NCBI GenBank assembly: GCA_963719085.1
Contig: CAVRAL010000004.1
Location: 1,088,001-1,152,000 of the forward strand
Direction: 5' to 3'
Source of the DNA: a candidate division FCPU426 bacterium
GTDB taxonomy: Bacteria > Oederibacteriota > Muellerivitia > Muellerivitales > Muellerivitaceae
DNA: 64,000 nt
The position numbers were made by a program, and so were the translations under genes. Below, piece by piece: positions 50,301-59,882 of the stretch (position 1 is its first letter; every line of letters starts with the position of its first letter). A model generated the notes under the pieces. It was not told where the DNA came from. It worked only from the letters and a program-made list of their open reading frames with translations, and ran no database searches.

Positions 50301-51043
50301 AAGGCACCGCCAACCTGTCGACCGTCATCTCCACCCGCGATGACATGTTGAACGACCTGGTGGCCCAAAAGATGGATGAGGCCTTGTCCTTCAAAATCAT
50401 GGAGTCGGTCCGCAAGGGCAAGGGGCTGACGCCGGAGTTTGAAAAGGCCTTGGCGGAAGCCAAGATTCCCACCTGGTACGTGGACAGCTGCCGCAAGATT
50501 AAGTACATCTTTCCCAAGGCCCATGCCGTGGCCTATTGCATCATGAGTTTCCGCATCGCTTATTTTAAAGTGCATTATCCCTTGGCCTTCTACGCCGATT
50601 ATTTCACCAACAAGTCCTCGGGCTTTGACGCCACCGTGGCCTGCGGGGGCTTGGGCAAGGTGAAGGAACACATTAAAAACGTGAAGGCCATGGAAAAGCC
50701 GACCAACAAAGAACTGGATGAAGTGTCGGTTTTGGAAGTGGCGGCCGAGATGTACGCCCGCGGGTTCAAGTTCTTGCCGGTGGATCTTTATACTTCCAAC
50801 ACCCATCAATTCAAGATCGAGAAGGCCAATGGCGAGGATTGCCTGCGGCCGCCCCTGATTGGGTTGCCGGGCCTGGGCGAAACGGCGGCGGAGTCCATTG
50901 TGGAAGAGCGCGCGAAGGGCGAGTTTACTTCGATTGAGGATTTGGTCGAGCGCTGCGGCATCAACAAGAACGTCATCGAGATCCTCAAGGGCCACGGCTG
51001 TCTGGGCGAGATGCCCGACTCCCAGCAAGTTTCGCTCTTCTAG
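47369..51043 (+). CDS. polC: DNA polymerase III PolC-type alpha subunit lacking the 3'-5' exonuclease insertion
   Basis: N-terminal domain and OB fold precede PHP (RVELHCHT..S.MDG, AITDHG); GSRGSVGSS, Zn finger, PDIDLNFSGEYQ, TTGQHPGG, KLDILGHD, FPKAHA. Confidence 0.95.
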   Translation: MTPIGTQSNPETEAPASPFYDLLQQIPLQCHEKERFLESEILSVQIDPNRQLVWMKLKMPAMVGAECFEGLALGLKATLPDVAKVILDVHYPAGILGTADYLALHGKNLVAALIEEGDIAEGWFAHCRLVMESESLVLQVPHELAQQQMERKQAAKFLSEMMKVRCGVEAAVRVETQASLRPEITPEMLEAAAEKPKEAAKLTEPVSILGRAIAAEPQSMNVQDEQNSFVAEGEIIMFETFQTRSGRHLVKLTITDYVDSLDVRFFHEGDGKFKGGLKERDWVRVRGDLRFDKYAADDLTMTARDIMKVPPPESRQDRAVEKRVELHCHTQMSRMDGLSKIDRLIERAAKWGHPAIAITDHGVVQAYPEARAAAKKHGIKLILGIEGYLVDEFKREKGMPIYHIIILVKNKAGLKNLYKLVSESHLHYFYKRPLIPKELLEKHREGLIIGSACEQGEIWQHLLKKDKPLEEVAAFYDYVEIQPCGNNEFMIADGAVKDMAELQALTKQLYDLGKSMGKMVLATGDSHFLEPRDEVYRRIIHAGMGYGVERQAPLYFKTTDELKRDFEYFTPEIVHELVVTNPNKIAAMVEDVEPLPTETLSPHWDGADDLLRKTATDQAKALYGDALPDFIEKRLTKELDAIINNKFSTLYVIAMKLVKKSISDGYLVGSRGSVGSSFVAYLCGITEVNPLPPHWRCPEGHFHEFPENPGSSAGVDMPEKKCPKCGMPTIRDGFSIAFEVFMGFKGDKMPDIDLNFSGEYQHVAHKYVEELFGKEHCFRAGTISAVKDKIAFGFVKKFVEEVGRKPRNAELNRLVKGCSGVSKTTGQHPGGIVILPKHMEITDVCPVQYPADNKDGDVITTHFDYDSMHDCLVKLDILGHDNPTSLKRLQTMTGVSPVHIPLNDPDTMSLFSGVGALKLKEKMDFDLGSLGIPEFGTSFAMDMLRDTKPTKFEHLARLSGLAHGTDVWLGNAQDLIKKGTANLSTVISTRDDMLNDLVAQKMDEALSFKIMESVRKGKGLTPEFEKALAEAKIPTWYVDSCRKIKYIFPKAHAVAYCIMSFRIAYFKVHYPLAFYADYFTNKSSGFDATVACGGLGKVKEHIKNVKAMEKPTNKELDEVSVLEVAAEMYARGFKFLPVDLYTSNTHQFKIEKANGEDCLRPPLIGLPGLGETAAESIVEERAKGEFTSIEDLVERCGINKNVIEILKGHGCLGEMPDSQQVSLF

Positions 51044-51172
51044 TTTTCATCACCACTATATGAAGTAGTGAAGAATCCATAAAAGCCCAATATCCAAGGC
51101 CTTCCCCGGGCTTTGGCCTTGCTATCATTAGGCCTTTTTGATAAAACATCCGTGCACATTTAAGGTTTTCCC

Positions 51173-51205
51173 AAAAAGTGGGCCCTTCCGGCCCGCTTTT
51201 TTTTT
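51173..51205 (+). promoter_or_regulatory. rimP leader terminator-like hairpin
   Basis: AAAAAGTGGGCC-CTTCC-GGCCCGCTTTTTTTTT upstream of rimP, matching the widespread rimP-leader pattern. Confidence 0.7.
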
Positions 51206-51258
51206 CACCTGTTTCAGGGATTGGCCTTGAGCGCGATTCGTTGATTTTGAGGTTGGAA

Positions 51259-51732
51259 ATGACCGATTCAAACCTGCCCGGTTCCTTTCAAATCCGGGAA
51301 GTGGCCGAAGTGGCGGCAAAAGACCAGTTTCTGGAGCTGTTTGATTTTTCGATGAGGACCCAGGGCAAAAATCTGGTCCTGACGGTGGTTTTGGACAAGA
51401 AAAGCGGTCCGGTCACGCTCGACGATTGCACCAGCGTCAGCCGGGACTTGGAACAAAAGCTGGACGAGCTTAATTTGATTGATCGGGCGTACCTTTTAGA
51501 GGTGTCGTCCCCGGGGCTGGATCGGCCCTTGAGAAATGCGGACGATTGTCTGAGATTTAAGGGCCGGCTGGCCCAGTTCGTGACGCTGGAGCCCTTGGAC
51601 GGCCAGAGTAGTTTTAGGGGAAGGCTTCAGGAAACCGCCGGGGACCTGGTGGAACTGGTGCTGGAAGGCGGGAAGCTGGTGCGGCTTCCATTCTCGAAGG
51701 TGAAGACGGCGCGGCTGATCGTCGAGATATAA
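51259..51732 (+). CDS. rimP: Ribosome maturation factor RimP
   Basis: VTLDDC..VSR, YLLEVSSPGLDRPL. Confidence 0.95.
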   Translation: MTDSNLPGSFQIREVAEVAAKDQFLELFDFSMRTQGKNLVLTVVLDKKSGPVTLDDCTSVSRDLEQKLDELNLIDRAYLLEVSSPGLDRPLRNADDCLRFKGRLAQFVTLEPLDGQSSFRGRLQETAGDLVELVLEGGKLVRLPFSKVKTARLIVEI

Positions 51733-51793
51733 GTTCTTAATTTTTAGTTTTGAGTTATGGAAACTTAGAACTGAAAACTTAGAACTAAAAACT
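51732..51793. repeat. Heptamer tandem/inverted repeat
   Basis: TTTTTAG/TTTTGAG units followed by AACTTAG AACTGAA AACTTAG AACTAAA. Confidence 0.6.
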
Positions 51794-51813
51794 GCAGCTC
51801 CTAGGGGTTGAAC

Positions 51814-53118
51814 ATGGGTAACGAATTAGCCTTGGTGATGAGCCAAATCGAGCATACCAAGCGGATCGACAAAAAGCGTTTGGTGGAAGCCATCCAAGCG
51901 GCCCTGTCCTCGGCGGCCAAGAAAATCTTCGGCGTGGGCCAGGAAGTGGAAGTCGAGTTCGACGAAATCAACACCGAGTTCCGCGCCTATTACCTGAAGG
52001 AAGTGGTGACCACGGTCACCGATCCCGGCACCCAGATCAACCTGGCGGACGCGCGCGCCATCAAGTCCGATGCCGAGCTGGATGAAGTCATCAAGATTCG
52101 CATTCCCGCGGAGCAATTCGGCCGCATCGCCGCCCAGACCGCCAAACAAGTCATCGTCCAGCGCGTGCAGGACGCCGAGCGCCAAAGCGTGTACGACCAG
52201 TTCAAGGAAAAAGAAGGCGATCTCATCACGGGCAACGTGCTTCGTTACGAGGGGCGCAACGTGATCATTTCCCTCGGCGACGCCGAGGCCCTGATGCCGC
52301 CCAAGGAACAGGTGCCGCGCGAGCGTTACGCCACGGGCGAGCGCATGAAATTTTTGGTGCTGGAAGTGCGCAAGACCCTGAAGGGTCCCGCCATTATCGT
52401 GAGCCGCGCCCATCCGAACCTGGTGCGCAAAATGTTTGAGCTCGAGGTGCCCGAGATTTATGAGGGCGTGGTCAAAATTGAGAGCGTGGCCCGGGAGCCC
52501 GGCGCCCGCACCAAGATCTCCGTCCGTTCCATGGGCGACGACCGCATTGACGCCGTGGGCGCCTGCGTGGGCGTCAAGGGCATCCGCGTGCAGAACATCG
52601 TGGATGAGGTGCGGGGAGAAAAGGTCGACATCGTGCGCTGGGATGATGATCCGCACAACTACCTGTCCAACGCCCTGTCGCCGGCGAAAATTTCCCGGAT
52701 TGTTTTCCACACCGACTCGCCCTCGGCGGAAGTGATCGTGCCCAACGACCAGCTGTCTTTGGCCATCGGCAAAAAGGGCCAAAACGCCCGGCTGGCGGCC
52801 CGCTTGACCGGCATCAAGGTCGATATTAAGAACGAGGAACAACACGCCACGGAGGAGCGGGCCCGCATGGACGCCCACTTCATGGAAATTTCCCAAGATG
52901 GCCCGGTGGGAGAGGCGAAGGCCCCGACGGAGGAGGACCGCAAGGTCGCCCCTCCGGATGAGATCAACGAAGGCGCCGTCCAAGGCGAGGTCACCGAGGT
53001 GACCGTGTCCAAGGATGAGAGCGGTGCGCCGATTATTCCGCCGACGACCGAGTTAAAACCATTGGAAAATGCCGCCGAGACGCCGAACCCAACCGATGTA
53101 CCTGAAGGGGAGGTTTAA
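51814..53118 (+). CDS. nusA: Transcription termination/antitermination factor NusA
   Basis: FGRIAAQTAKQV, REPGARTK, GACVG, LSLAIGKKGQNARLAARLTG; acidic C-terminal tail. Confidence 0.98.
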   Translation: MGNELALVMSQIEHTKRIDKKRLVEAIQAALSSAAKKIFGVGQEVEVEFDEINTEFRAYYLKEVVTTVTDPGTQINLADARAIKSDAELDEVIKIRIPAEQFGRIAAQTAKQVIVQRVQDAERQSVYDQFKEKEGDLITGNVLRYEGRNVIISLGDAEALMPPKEQVPRERYATGERMKFLVLEVRKTLKGPAIIVSRAHPNLVRKMFELEVPEIYEGVVKIESVAREPGARTKISVRSMGDDRIDAVGACVGVKGIRVQNIVDEVRGEKVDIVRWDDDPHNYLSNALSPAKISRIVFHTDSPSAEVIVPNDQLSLAIGKKGQNARLAARLTGIKVDIKNEEQHATEERARMDAHFMEISQDGPVGEAKAPTEEDRKVAPPDEINEGAVQGEVTEVTVSKDESGAPIIPPTTELKPLENAAETPNPTDVPEGEV

Positions 53119-53127
53119 GGACCGCTT

Positions 53128-55413
53128 ATGAGCAAACGGCTTTTTGAATTCGCCAAGGAACTGGGCCTCACCAGCAAAGAAGTGCTGGAGCGCACCAAAA
53201 AATTAGGCTTCAACATCCCGAGCCAGCTGACGGTGGTGGATGAAAAGGTCCAGGCCGACGTGCGCCGGGATTTAGGGTTGGTGGCCGATTTATCCGCCAC
53301 CGTTCCGCCCTCGCCTCCCGTTCCTTCAATGCCTGCCTCGGCCGTCAAAGCATCCCAGCCGACTCCCTTAAGAATGCCCGCGATGGGCAGCCAGCTCGGC
53401 ACGCCTTCGCCCTCGTCCAGGACCATCACGCGTCCCGCCGCGCCGACCCATCACCCGCGCCCCGCGCCCAAACCCGCGATGGCGCCTCGCAAACCCGCCG
53501 GATTCCCCAAGCCGATGCCGGTCAAGACCGGCGGACACGGATTGGCCGCGGGCCGTCCCCAGCTCAAACCCACCCAGGCATCCCGAGCGGAAGCTGAAGC
53601 TAAAGAAGCCGTCGTGGAGACGGATCCCGTGACCGGCGAACCTTTGGCCGGGCCCAAGGTGCTCACCAAGATCAAGGTGACTGAGGGCATCACGGTGGCC
53701 GAACTGGCCCAAAAGCTCGACGTCAAGGCCGGCATCCTGATTAAAGAACTGATGGACCTTAAAATTTTGGCCACCATCAACCAGAAGATGGACATGACGG
53801 TGGTGGAAACCCTCGCCAGCGCCCATGACGCGGAAGTCGAAGTGGTTCCGCTGTTCGGGTCCGAAATGTTCCAAGACGCTCCCGACGATCCCAAAGACTT
53901 GGTGCCGCGTTCGCCCGTGGTGACCATCATGGGCCACGTGGACCATGGAAAGACCCTGCTCCTGGACGCGATCCGCAAAACCAAAGTGGCCGAAGGCGAA
54001 GCCGGCGGCATCACCCAGCATATCGGCGCCTACCAAGTGAAGCACGACAAGGGAACCATTACCTTCCTCGATACGCCGGGCCATGAGGCTTTCACCCTGA
54101 TGCGCGCCCGCGGCGCCAAAGCCACGGACCTGGTGGTCTTGGTGGTGGCGGCCGATGACGGGGTGATGCCCCAGACACTGGAAGCCATCGATCACGCCAA
54201 GGAAGCCAAGGTCCCCATCGTGGTGGCCATCAACAAAATCGACAAACCCGAGGCCAATCCGGACCGGGTCAAGACCCAGCTCGCCGAGCGTGGTTTGCAG
54301 CCTGAGGACTGGGGCGGCAAGACCATCTTCGTTGAGGTTTCGGCCAAGAAGCGTTTGGGCCTGGACAAGCTTCTGGAGATGATTTTGCTTGAGTCGGAAA
54401 TTCTGGATCTGAAGGCCAATCCCAACCGCAGCGCCAAGGGCGTGGTGTTGGAAGCGCGCCTGGATAAGGGCCGCGGTTCCGTGGCCACCTTGCTTGTTGA
54501 AAAAGGAACCTTAAAAGTCGGCGACGACGTTTTGGCCGGCAGCACTTACGGCCGCGTCAAGGCCATGCATGACGACTTAGGCAAAAGCCTCAAGAGCGCC
54601 GGGCCCGCGGTGCCGGTGGAAATTTTAGGATTAAGCGACGTGCCCCAGGCCGGGGACGTGTTTTACGTGGTGGACGACCCGAAGATGGCGCGCGAAATTT
54701 CCACCCGCCGCATGGAAGCCCTGAAGGACAACCGCATCGTGGGCGCCATGAAGCACATCACCCTGGACAACCTCTTCGAGCAGATCAAAGAGGGACAGAT
54801 CAAGGAACTCAAGGTCATCGTCAAGGGCGACGTGCAGGGATCGGTGGAAGCCTTGACCCAATCGCTGGAAAAGCTCAGCGGCGAGAAGGTGGTCCTGAAG
54901 GTTATCCGCAGTTCCACCGGTAATATCGTCAATTCCGACATCCTGCTGGCCTCGGCTTCCAACGCCATCGTGGTGGGTTTCAACGTGAAGGCCGATACCA
55001 ACGTGAAATCGACCGCCGAACGCGAAGCCGTGGACGTGCGGGTTTACAAGATCATTTATGACGCGGTCGAGGACGTCCGCAAGGCCATGGAAGGCTTGCT
55101 GGAGCCGACCTACCGCCAGGTGGGAACGGGCCAAGCCGAAGTGCGCCAGCTCTTCTCAACGCCCAAGGGCGTTATCGCGGGCTCCATCGTAAAGACGGGC
55201 AAGATCACCCGCCAGGCCAAGGTTAAAGTGATGCGGGGCGATACGCTCGTTCACGAGGGGGCGCTGTCCTCCCTTCGCCGCTTTAAAGACGACGTGAAGG
55301 AAGTCAATGTCGGCTTTGAGTGCGGGATCGGCATCGAGGGATTCGACGAGGTTCAAGTCGGCGACATCCTGGAGTTTTATGTGATGGAAGCGGTCGCCCA
55401 AAAGCTGGAGTAA
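53128..55413 (+). CDS. infB: Translation initiation factor IF-2
   Basis: [35 protein letters not shown]. Confidence 0.99.
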   Translation: MSKRLFEFAKELGLTSKEVLERTKKLGFNIPSQLTVVDEKVQADVRRDLGLVADLSATVPPSPPVPSMPASAVKASQPTPLRMPAMGSQLGTPSPSSRTITRPAAPTHHPRPAPKPAMAPRKPAGFPKPMPVKTGGHGLAAGRPQLKPTQASRAEAEAKEAVVETDPVTGEPLAGPKVLTKIKVTEGITVAELAQKLDVKAGILIKELMDLKILATINQKMDMTVVETLASAHDAEVEVVPLFGSEMFQDAPDDPKDLVPRSPVVTIMGHVDHGKTLLLDAIRKTKVAEGEAGGITQHIGAYQVKHDKGTITFLDTPGHEAFTLMRARGAKATDLVVLVVAADDGVMPQTLEAIDHAKEAKVPIVVAINKIDKPEANPDRVKTQLAERGLQPEDWGGKTIFVEVSAKKRLGLDKLLEMILLESEILDLKANPNRSAKGVVLEARLDKGRGSVATLLVEKGTLKVGDDVLAGSTYGRVKAMHDDLGKSLKSAGPAVPVEILGLSDVPQAGDVFYVVDDPKMAREISTRRMEALKDNRIVGAMKHITLDNLFEQIKEGQIKELKVIVKGDVQGSVEALTQSLEKLSGEKVVLKVIRSSTGNIVNSDILLASASNAIVVGFNVKADTNVKSTAEREAVDVRVYKIIYDAVEDVRKAMEGLLEPTYRQVGTGQAEVRQLFSTPKGVIAGSIVKTGKITRQAKVKVMRGDTLVHEGALSSLRRFKDDVKEVNVGFECGIGIEGFDEVQVGDILEFYVMEAVAQKLE

Positions 55414-55422
55414 AAACGGCAA

Positions 55423-55593
55423 TTAACAATGATGGACGCGGATACACGCTGATAAAGATGACGCCTAAAGAACCTCTCATTTGTTTTTAAAAATCGGCGC
55501 CATCCGCGTGACGCCGCCTTTCCGTATCGGAGTTGACAGAGGGCGGCTAATCTCGGGTTTTTGAGAATTGAAAACCCGAGGCATCATTGTAAA
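55423..55593 (+). repeat. Structured intergenic repeat, family 1 copy D
   Basis: TTAACAATGATG...CATCATTGTAAA termini; hairpins GCCGCC/GGCGGC and CTCGGGTTTT/AAAACCCGAG. Confidence 0.8.
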
Positions 55594-55617
55594 AGCGGGT
55601 TGTTTTCAGGAGCGGTT

Positions 55618-56019
55618 ATGAGTTTTAAACGAGCGGACCGGGTTTCGGAAGCCATTAAGCGGGAAGTCAGCTTGATGGTCCAACAAGACGTCAAGGATCC
55701 CCGGGTCCATTTTGTCACCGTGACCGACGTCAAAACCACCGACGATCTGCGTTACGCCAAGATCTATGTTTCCATCCTCGGCGATAAAGAAACCCGCAAA
55801 GAATCCTTGGCGGGCTTGGCCCACGCCAAAGGGTTTCTCCGCGGCGAGCTGGGCCGCCGCCTGGGCCTTCGATATACCCCGGACATCCAGTTTTTCCTCG
55901 ACGAGTCGCTCGACCATTCCATCCAGATCCGAACCCTTTTAAATAAAATCAAAAAAGCCGACGAACCAAACGGCAATGAGCCGAAGGACGACGTGTCCGA
56001 GGAAAAGAAAGATGAGTAA
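55618..56019 (+). CDS. rbfA: Ribosome-binding factor A
   Basis: RADRVSEAI, KDPR, DLRYAKIY, LRYTPDIQFFLD. Confidence 0.96.
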   Translation: MSFKRADRVSEAIKREVSLMVQQDVKDPRVHFVTVTDVKTTDDLRYAKIYVSILGDKETRKESLAGLAHAKGFLRGELGRRLGLRYTPDIQFFLDESLDHSIQIRTLLNKIKKADEPNGNEPKDDVSEEKKDE

Positions 56020-57004
56020 GCTTTCCCTCTTGAAGCGCGGTGATCGCTTGGCGATTCAAAAAATCGCGCGTCTGGTCCGCCGCAACGACCGGTTTTTACT
56101 GACCACCCATGAAAACCCCGACGGAGACGGTCTGGGCGCCCAATCGGCCCTCTATGTGGCCCTCAAAAAGCTGGGCAAAAAGGTCAAGGTGGTGAACCAC
56201 GATCTCCTGCCGCAAAAGTTTGATTACCTGGCCTTTAAAAACGCTTATCAAAAATCCGATATCGTTCCCGACCATCAAGTTTGCTTCGTCATGGACGCCG
56301 GCGATTTCACCCGCATCCGGGAAGGCGTGAAGCGGGTTGAGTTCAAGACCCTGGTCAATGTGGACCACCACTATTCCAATAACCTTTACGGCGATTACAA
56401 CCTGGTCCTGCCCAAAGCCGCGGCCACCGGTGAGGTGATTTATCACCTCATCAAGGCCTTGGGCGTGAAGATTGACGCCGCGATCGCCGAGAGCGTTTAT
56501 ACCTCGCTGGTCACGGATACGGGGGGCTTCCGCTACCGTAACACCACGCCGCAAGTGCTTCGGTTGGCGGCCGAGCTGGTGGAGGCGGGCGCCGACGCGC
56601 AAAAAGTTTGCGACCGGATCTTCGCCGGAGTCACCTCCCAGGCCATGGAACTCACCCGGATCTCGCTGGGAAAAACCCATCTTTACGATCACGGCGCCAT
56701 CGGCACGATGACCTTGACCCAGGCGGACCTCAAAAAATCACACGCTACCGATGACGATACGGAGAACCTGATCAACTTCGTGCGCAAGATCAACACGGTC
56801 AAGGTCTCGGTTTTTCTCAAGCAGCGGGAGGACGGCCGGCTGAAGCTGTCCCTGCGCTCGCGGTCCCCCAAGATCAATGTGGCCGAGATCGCCAAACACT
56901 TCGGGGGCGGCGGCCATTCCTACGCCGCCGGGGCGCTTTTGAGCGGTTCGTTGGACGGTGCCTTGAAAAAAGTCGTCGCGGTCTGCCGCCGCTTCCTGAA
57001 GTAG
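56012..57004 (+). CDS. DHH/DHHA1 phosphoesterase (NrnA-like nanoRNase)
   Basis: HENPDGD, VDHH, TDTGGF, SLRS, GGGGH. Confidence 0.93.
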   Translation: MSKLSLLKRGDRLAIQKIARLVRRNDRFLLTTHENPDGDGLGAQSALYVALKKLGKKVKVVNHDLLPQKFDYLAFKNAYQKSDIVPDHQVCFVMDAGDFTRIREGVKRVEFKTLVNVDHHYSNNLYGDYNLVLPKAAATGEVIYHLIKALGVKIDAAIAESVYTSLVTDTGGFRYRNTTPQVLRLAAELVEAGADAQKVCDRIFAGVTSQAMELTRISLGKTHLYDHGAIGTMTLTQADLKKSHATDDDTENLINFVRKINTVKVSVFLKQREDGRLKLSLRSRSPKINVAEIAKHFGGGGHSYAAGALLSGSLDGALKKVVAVCRRFLK

Positions 57005-57020
57005 CGCCAGCTAAAAACGT

Positions 57021-57120
57021 TCACCACCAAGACGCCAAGGCACCAAGAAAATCTGATCTTAAAACAAAATGAATTCCTAAAAGATGAGGTGTCCTTGGCT
57101 GCTTGGTGCCTTGGTGGTGA
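57021..57120. repeat. REP-like family 2 copy
   Basis: TCACCACCAAGACGCCAAGGCACCAAG ... CTTGGTGCCTTGGTGGTGA. Confidence 0.85.
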
Positions 57121-57167
57121 GGAATCGTTTTAAATGTCGGTTATTTTTAAACCCTTAAAAGGCTCTC

Positions 57168-58070
57168 ATGGACGGACTTCTCATTCTCGACAAACCTTCC
57201 CAATGGACTTCCCATGACGTGGTGGCCAAGGTCCGGGGCATCACGAAGGAGCGCCAGATCGGCCATTTAGGCACCTTGGACCCCTTGGCCACCGGTGTTT
57301 TGCCCCTGGCCTTGGGCGCGGCCACCCGGCTGATTGAGTTCGCCTCCCATGACAAAGAATACTGGGCCACCTGTCTTTTAGGCCAAACTACCGACAGCGA
57401 GGACGTGACAGGGAAATTATTGAGCGAAGCTTCCACTTCCCATTTAGAGGAAGGCCTGGTGCGGGAAAAAGTTTTGGGTTTGCGCCGATTGACCGAGCAA
57501 ATTCCACCCATGGTTTCGGCGATTAAAAAAGACGGCCAGAAACTTTACGAGCTGGCCCGCGCGGGAAAGAGCGTGGCCCGCGCGTCGCGGCCGATTCAAA
57601 TCCGTGAAATTGAGATTTTGGAATTGGTCTTGCCCCGGGTGACCTTTCGGGTGGCTTGCTCCGGCGGCACTTATGTGCGTTCGCTTTGCCGGGAATTGGG
57701 GGAGCAGTTAGGCGTGGGCGGATGCTTGGAAAAACTTAAACGCACCCGGTCCGGTTTGTTTAAACTGGATGACGCGGTGACCTTAGAAGAGTTGAAAAAA
57801 ATGGCGGAAGAAGGCAAGCTGGCATCGCGCTTAAAGCCGGTTCAGGAATTAATCATTGAGTGGCCCCGGTTTCAACCGGACGCGCAAACGCTCACTCGCT
57901 TTTGCCAAGGCCAGGCGATCGACGTGGCGGAGGCGGGATTCGCGGCCGGGTGGGTCAGGGTTTTGACGCCGGAGGGCCGGCTGGCGGGCGTGGGCCGGAT
58001 CGCCATGATGGAAGGGCAGGGTATGCGCTTGAGCCCGCAAAAAGTATTCGGAGTCAATGGAATCGAGTGA
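57168..58070 (+). CDS. truB: tRNA pseudouridine(55) synthase
   Basis: DKP..WTSHDVV, GHLGTLDPLATGVL, QIPP..SAIK, CSGGTYVRSL. Confidence 0.97.
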   Translation: MDGLLILDKPSQWTSHDVVAKVRGITKERQIGHLGTLDPLATGVLPLALGAATRLIEFASHDKEYWATCLLGQTTDSEDVTGKLLSEASTSHLEEGLVREKVLGLRRLTEQIPPMVSAIKKDGQKLYELARAGKSVARASRPIQIREIEILELVLPRVTFRVACSGGTYVRSLCRELGEQLGVGGCLEKLKRTRSGLFKLDDAVTLEELKKMAEEGKLASRLKPVQELIIEWPRFQPDAQTLTRFCQGQAIDVAEAGFAAGWVRVLTPEGRLAGVGRIAMMEGQGMRLSPQKVFGVNGIE

Positions 58071-58981
58071 AACATCAATTGAAGCCCATCGTCCTTACCA
58101 TCGGCGTTTTTGACGGCGTCCACCGGGGCCACCAGGCCTTGATCGCCGAAACCATCCGGCTGGCCAAGCGGCTCAAGGCAAGTCCGGAAGTCTTAACTTT
58201 TCAAGATCATCCGGCCCATGTCTTGACCGGGGCTCCGTCCATTCCCTTTTTATTGCCCCGGACTCAAACCTACGCCTTCCTTAAAAAAGCGGGCGCGAAA
58301 AAAGTATGGGCCATCCGTTTCACGAAAAGCTTCTCAAGAAAAACGCCTGAGGCCTTTGTGCGTTGGCTGGAAACTTTAGGCCAATTAAAAGGCGTGGTGG
58401 TGGGCGATAATTTCAGGTTTGGCCAAGGCGCCCAAGGCGATGTCGCCGAGCTTGAAAAATTGGGACGCCGTTATGGTTTCGTGGTAAAGGCCTTGAAGCC
58501 GGTCCGGATCCTCGGGGAAGCGGCCTCCTCCACCCGGGCCCGGCGTCTTTTGGCGCAGGGGCGCACGGAAGAAGCCAACCTGGTTTTGGGCCGGCCCTAC
58601 GCGCTAGAAGGGAAAGTGGTCCGGGGAAAAAGAGTGGGGCGTAAGATCGGATTTCCCACGGCCAATCTCGCGGCCGATCCCCGGTTTCTTCCGAAAGACG
58701 GCGTCTATGCCTGCGCGGTTCAAGTAGGGAAACATTTTTACCGGGCCGGGATGAATTTAGGAAAAAGGCCCACTTTTAAAAATGACGACCATCACCGGCA
58801 AGCCGAGGTGCATTTGCTTCGCTATTACGGTCCGCTTTATGGTCGGACACTCAAAGTTTATTTGCTTAAATATTTAAGGCCCGAGCGCAAGTTTCCCTCA
58901 ACCGTCGAGCTGGTGGCTCAAATTAAGAAAGACTTAAAGGTCATCGAGCGCGTTCAATTAAAGGGCTTAAAAGCCTTTTAA
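58067..58981 (+). CDS. ribF: Bifunctional riboflavin kinase/FAD synthetase
   Basis: GTG 58067; IGVFDGVHRGH, GDNFRFG, SSTRAR, GFPTANL, GVY, RPERKF. Confidence 0.96.
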   Translation: MKHQLKPIVLTIGVFDGVHRGHQALIAETIRLAKRLKASPEVLTFQDHPAHVLTGAPSIPFLLPRTQTYAFLKKAGAKKVWAIRFTKSFSRKTPEAFVRWLETLGQLKGVVVGDNFRFGQGAQGDVAELEKLGRRYGFVVKALKPVRILGEAASSTRARRLLAQGRTEEANLVLGRPYALEGKVVRGKRVGRKIGFPTANLAADPRFLPKDGVYACAVQVGKHFYRAGMNLGKRPTFKNDDHHRQAEVHLLRYYGPLYGRTLKVYLLKYLRPERKFPSTVELVAQIKKDLKVIERVQLKGLKAF

Positions 58982-59000
58982 TTAGTAGTACCCCACCATA

Positions 59001-59218
59001 CGTCATTGCGAGGAGCGTCGTTCATTGGTTTTAGCGACGAAGCAATCTCAGTTTATGATCTTTTGATACGCTACGGGATTTAGGCTTAAACAACCCATAA
59101 ACTGAGATTGGCTATGCCGACTACTCCATAAGCTAGGAGAATGGAGGTCGGCATGTCCCGATTTCAAAGTCTTTATTTAGTATCGGGAGCGTCACAAAGT
59201 TCGTTCCTCGCAAAGACG
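59001..59218. repeat. GTCATTGCGAG-type palindromic repeat (family 3) with inserted double-hairpin cassette
   Basis: CGTCATTGCGAGGAGC...GAAGCAATCTC...GAGATTG...TCCTCGCAAAGACG termini; hairpins 59114-59154 and 59156-59188. Confidence 0.8.
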
Positions 59219-59351
59219 AATTAAGGCCAAAATCCCTTCAAATCTCGCTATTCCTTTGGCTTTAAAGCCTTTACACCCATCCACTTCGGCCTTTAGAATA
59301 CCCGTCCCTGTCCGGCTTTTTAGCCATCCGACAGGGAAACGCAAGGCGATG

Positions 59352-59430
59352 ATCCTTCCCCTTGGCGTCCGTCCACTCTGACGGCCGCTCGGAGGTTCGG
59401 GGAGCCCGGCTTAAAACTTTATTTGGAGGC
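59352..59430 (+). ncRNA. Probable S15 autoregulatory leader
   Basis: CTTGGC..CCGTC-CACTCT-GACGG..GCTCGG..GGGGAG junction-like structure just upstream of rpsO. Confidence 0.45.
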
Positions 59431-59438
59431 CTCGCGCC

Positions 59439-59705
59439 ATGATGACGAAAGACAAGAAGATCCAGTTGATCCAAGATTTCCGCAAGAAGGAAACCGACAC
59501 CGGCTCGCCCGAAGTGCAGGTTGCCTTAATCACCGAGCGCATCAAGTACCTGACGGAACATTTCAAGAGCCATCCGAAAGACCATGCTTCGCGCCGGGGT
59601 TTGTTGAAGTTGGTCGGTCAGCGCCGCCGTTTCCTGGACTATCTCAAGAAACATGACGTCAAGGGCTACGCGGGATTGATCGAACGCTTGGGTCTTCGCA
59701 AGTAA
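59439..59705 (+). CDS. rpsO: 30S ribosomal protein S15
   Basis: [33 protein letters not shown]. Confidence 0.98.
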   Translation: MMTKDKKIQLIQDFRKKETDTGSPEVQVALITERIKYLTEHFKSHPKDHASRRGLLKLVGQRRRFLDYLKKHDVKGYAGLIERLGLRK

Positions 59706-59726
59706 TTTTTTCCCGGCCTTAAGGGA

Positions 59727-59812
59727 AAACCTTGAAGGCACGGAGCCACAGAGAAAGCCCGCCTCACTTTGCCGGAGCTGGTTTTCTTTGTGCCTTTGTG
59801 TCCCGGGGTGAA
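59727..59812. repeat. Degenerate family 2 hairpin in the rpsO-pnp spacer
   Basis: AAGGCACGGAGCCACAGAGAAA ... TTTCTTTGTGCCTTTGTGTCC inverted arms. Confidence 0.5.
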
Positions 59813-59882
59813 GTTGGGTTTGTTTCCCAAGGCCGGTACTTTTTAAGAGGGTTCACCCCAAAACACACAGGAGGATTTTAAT

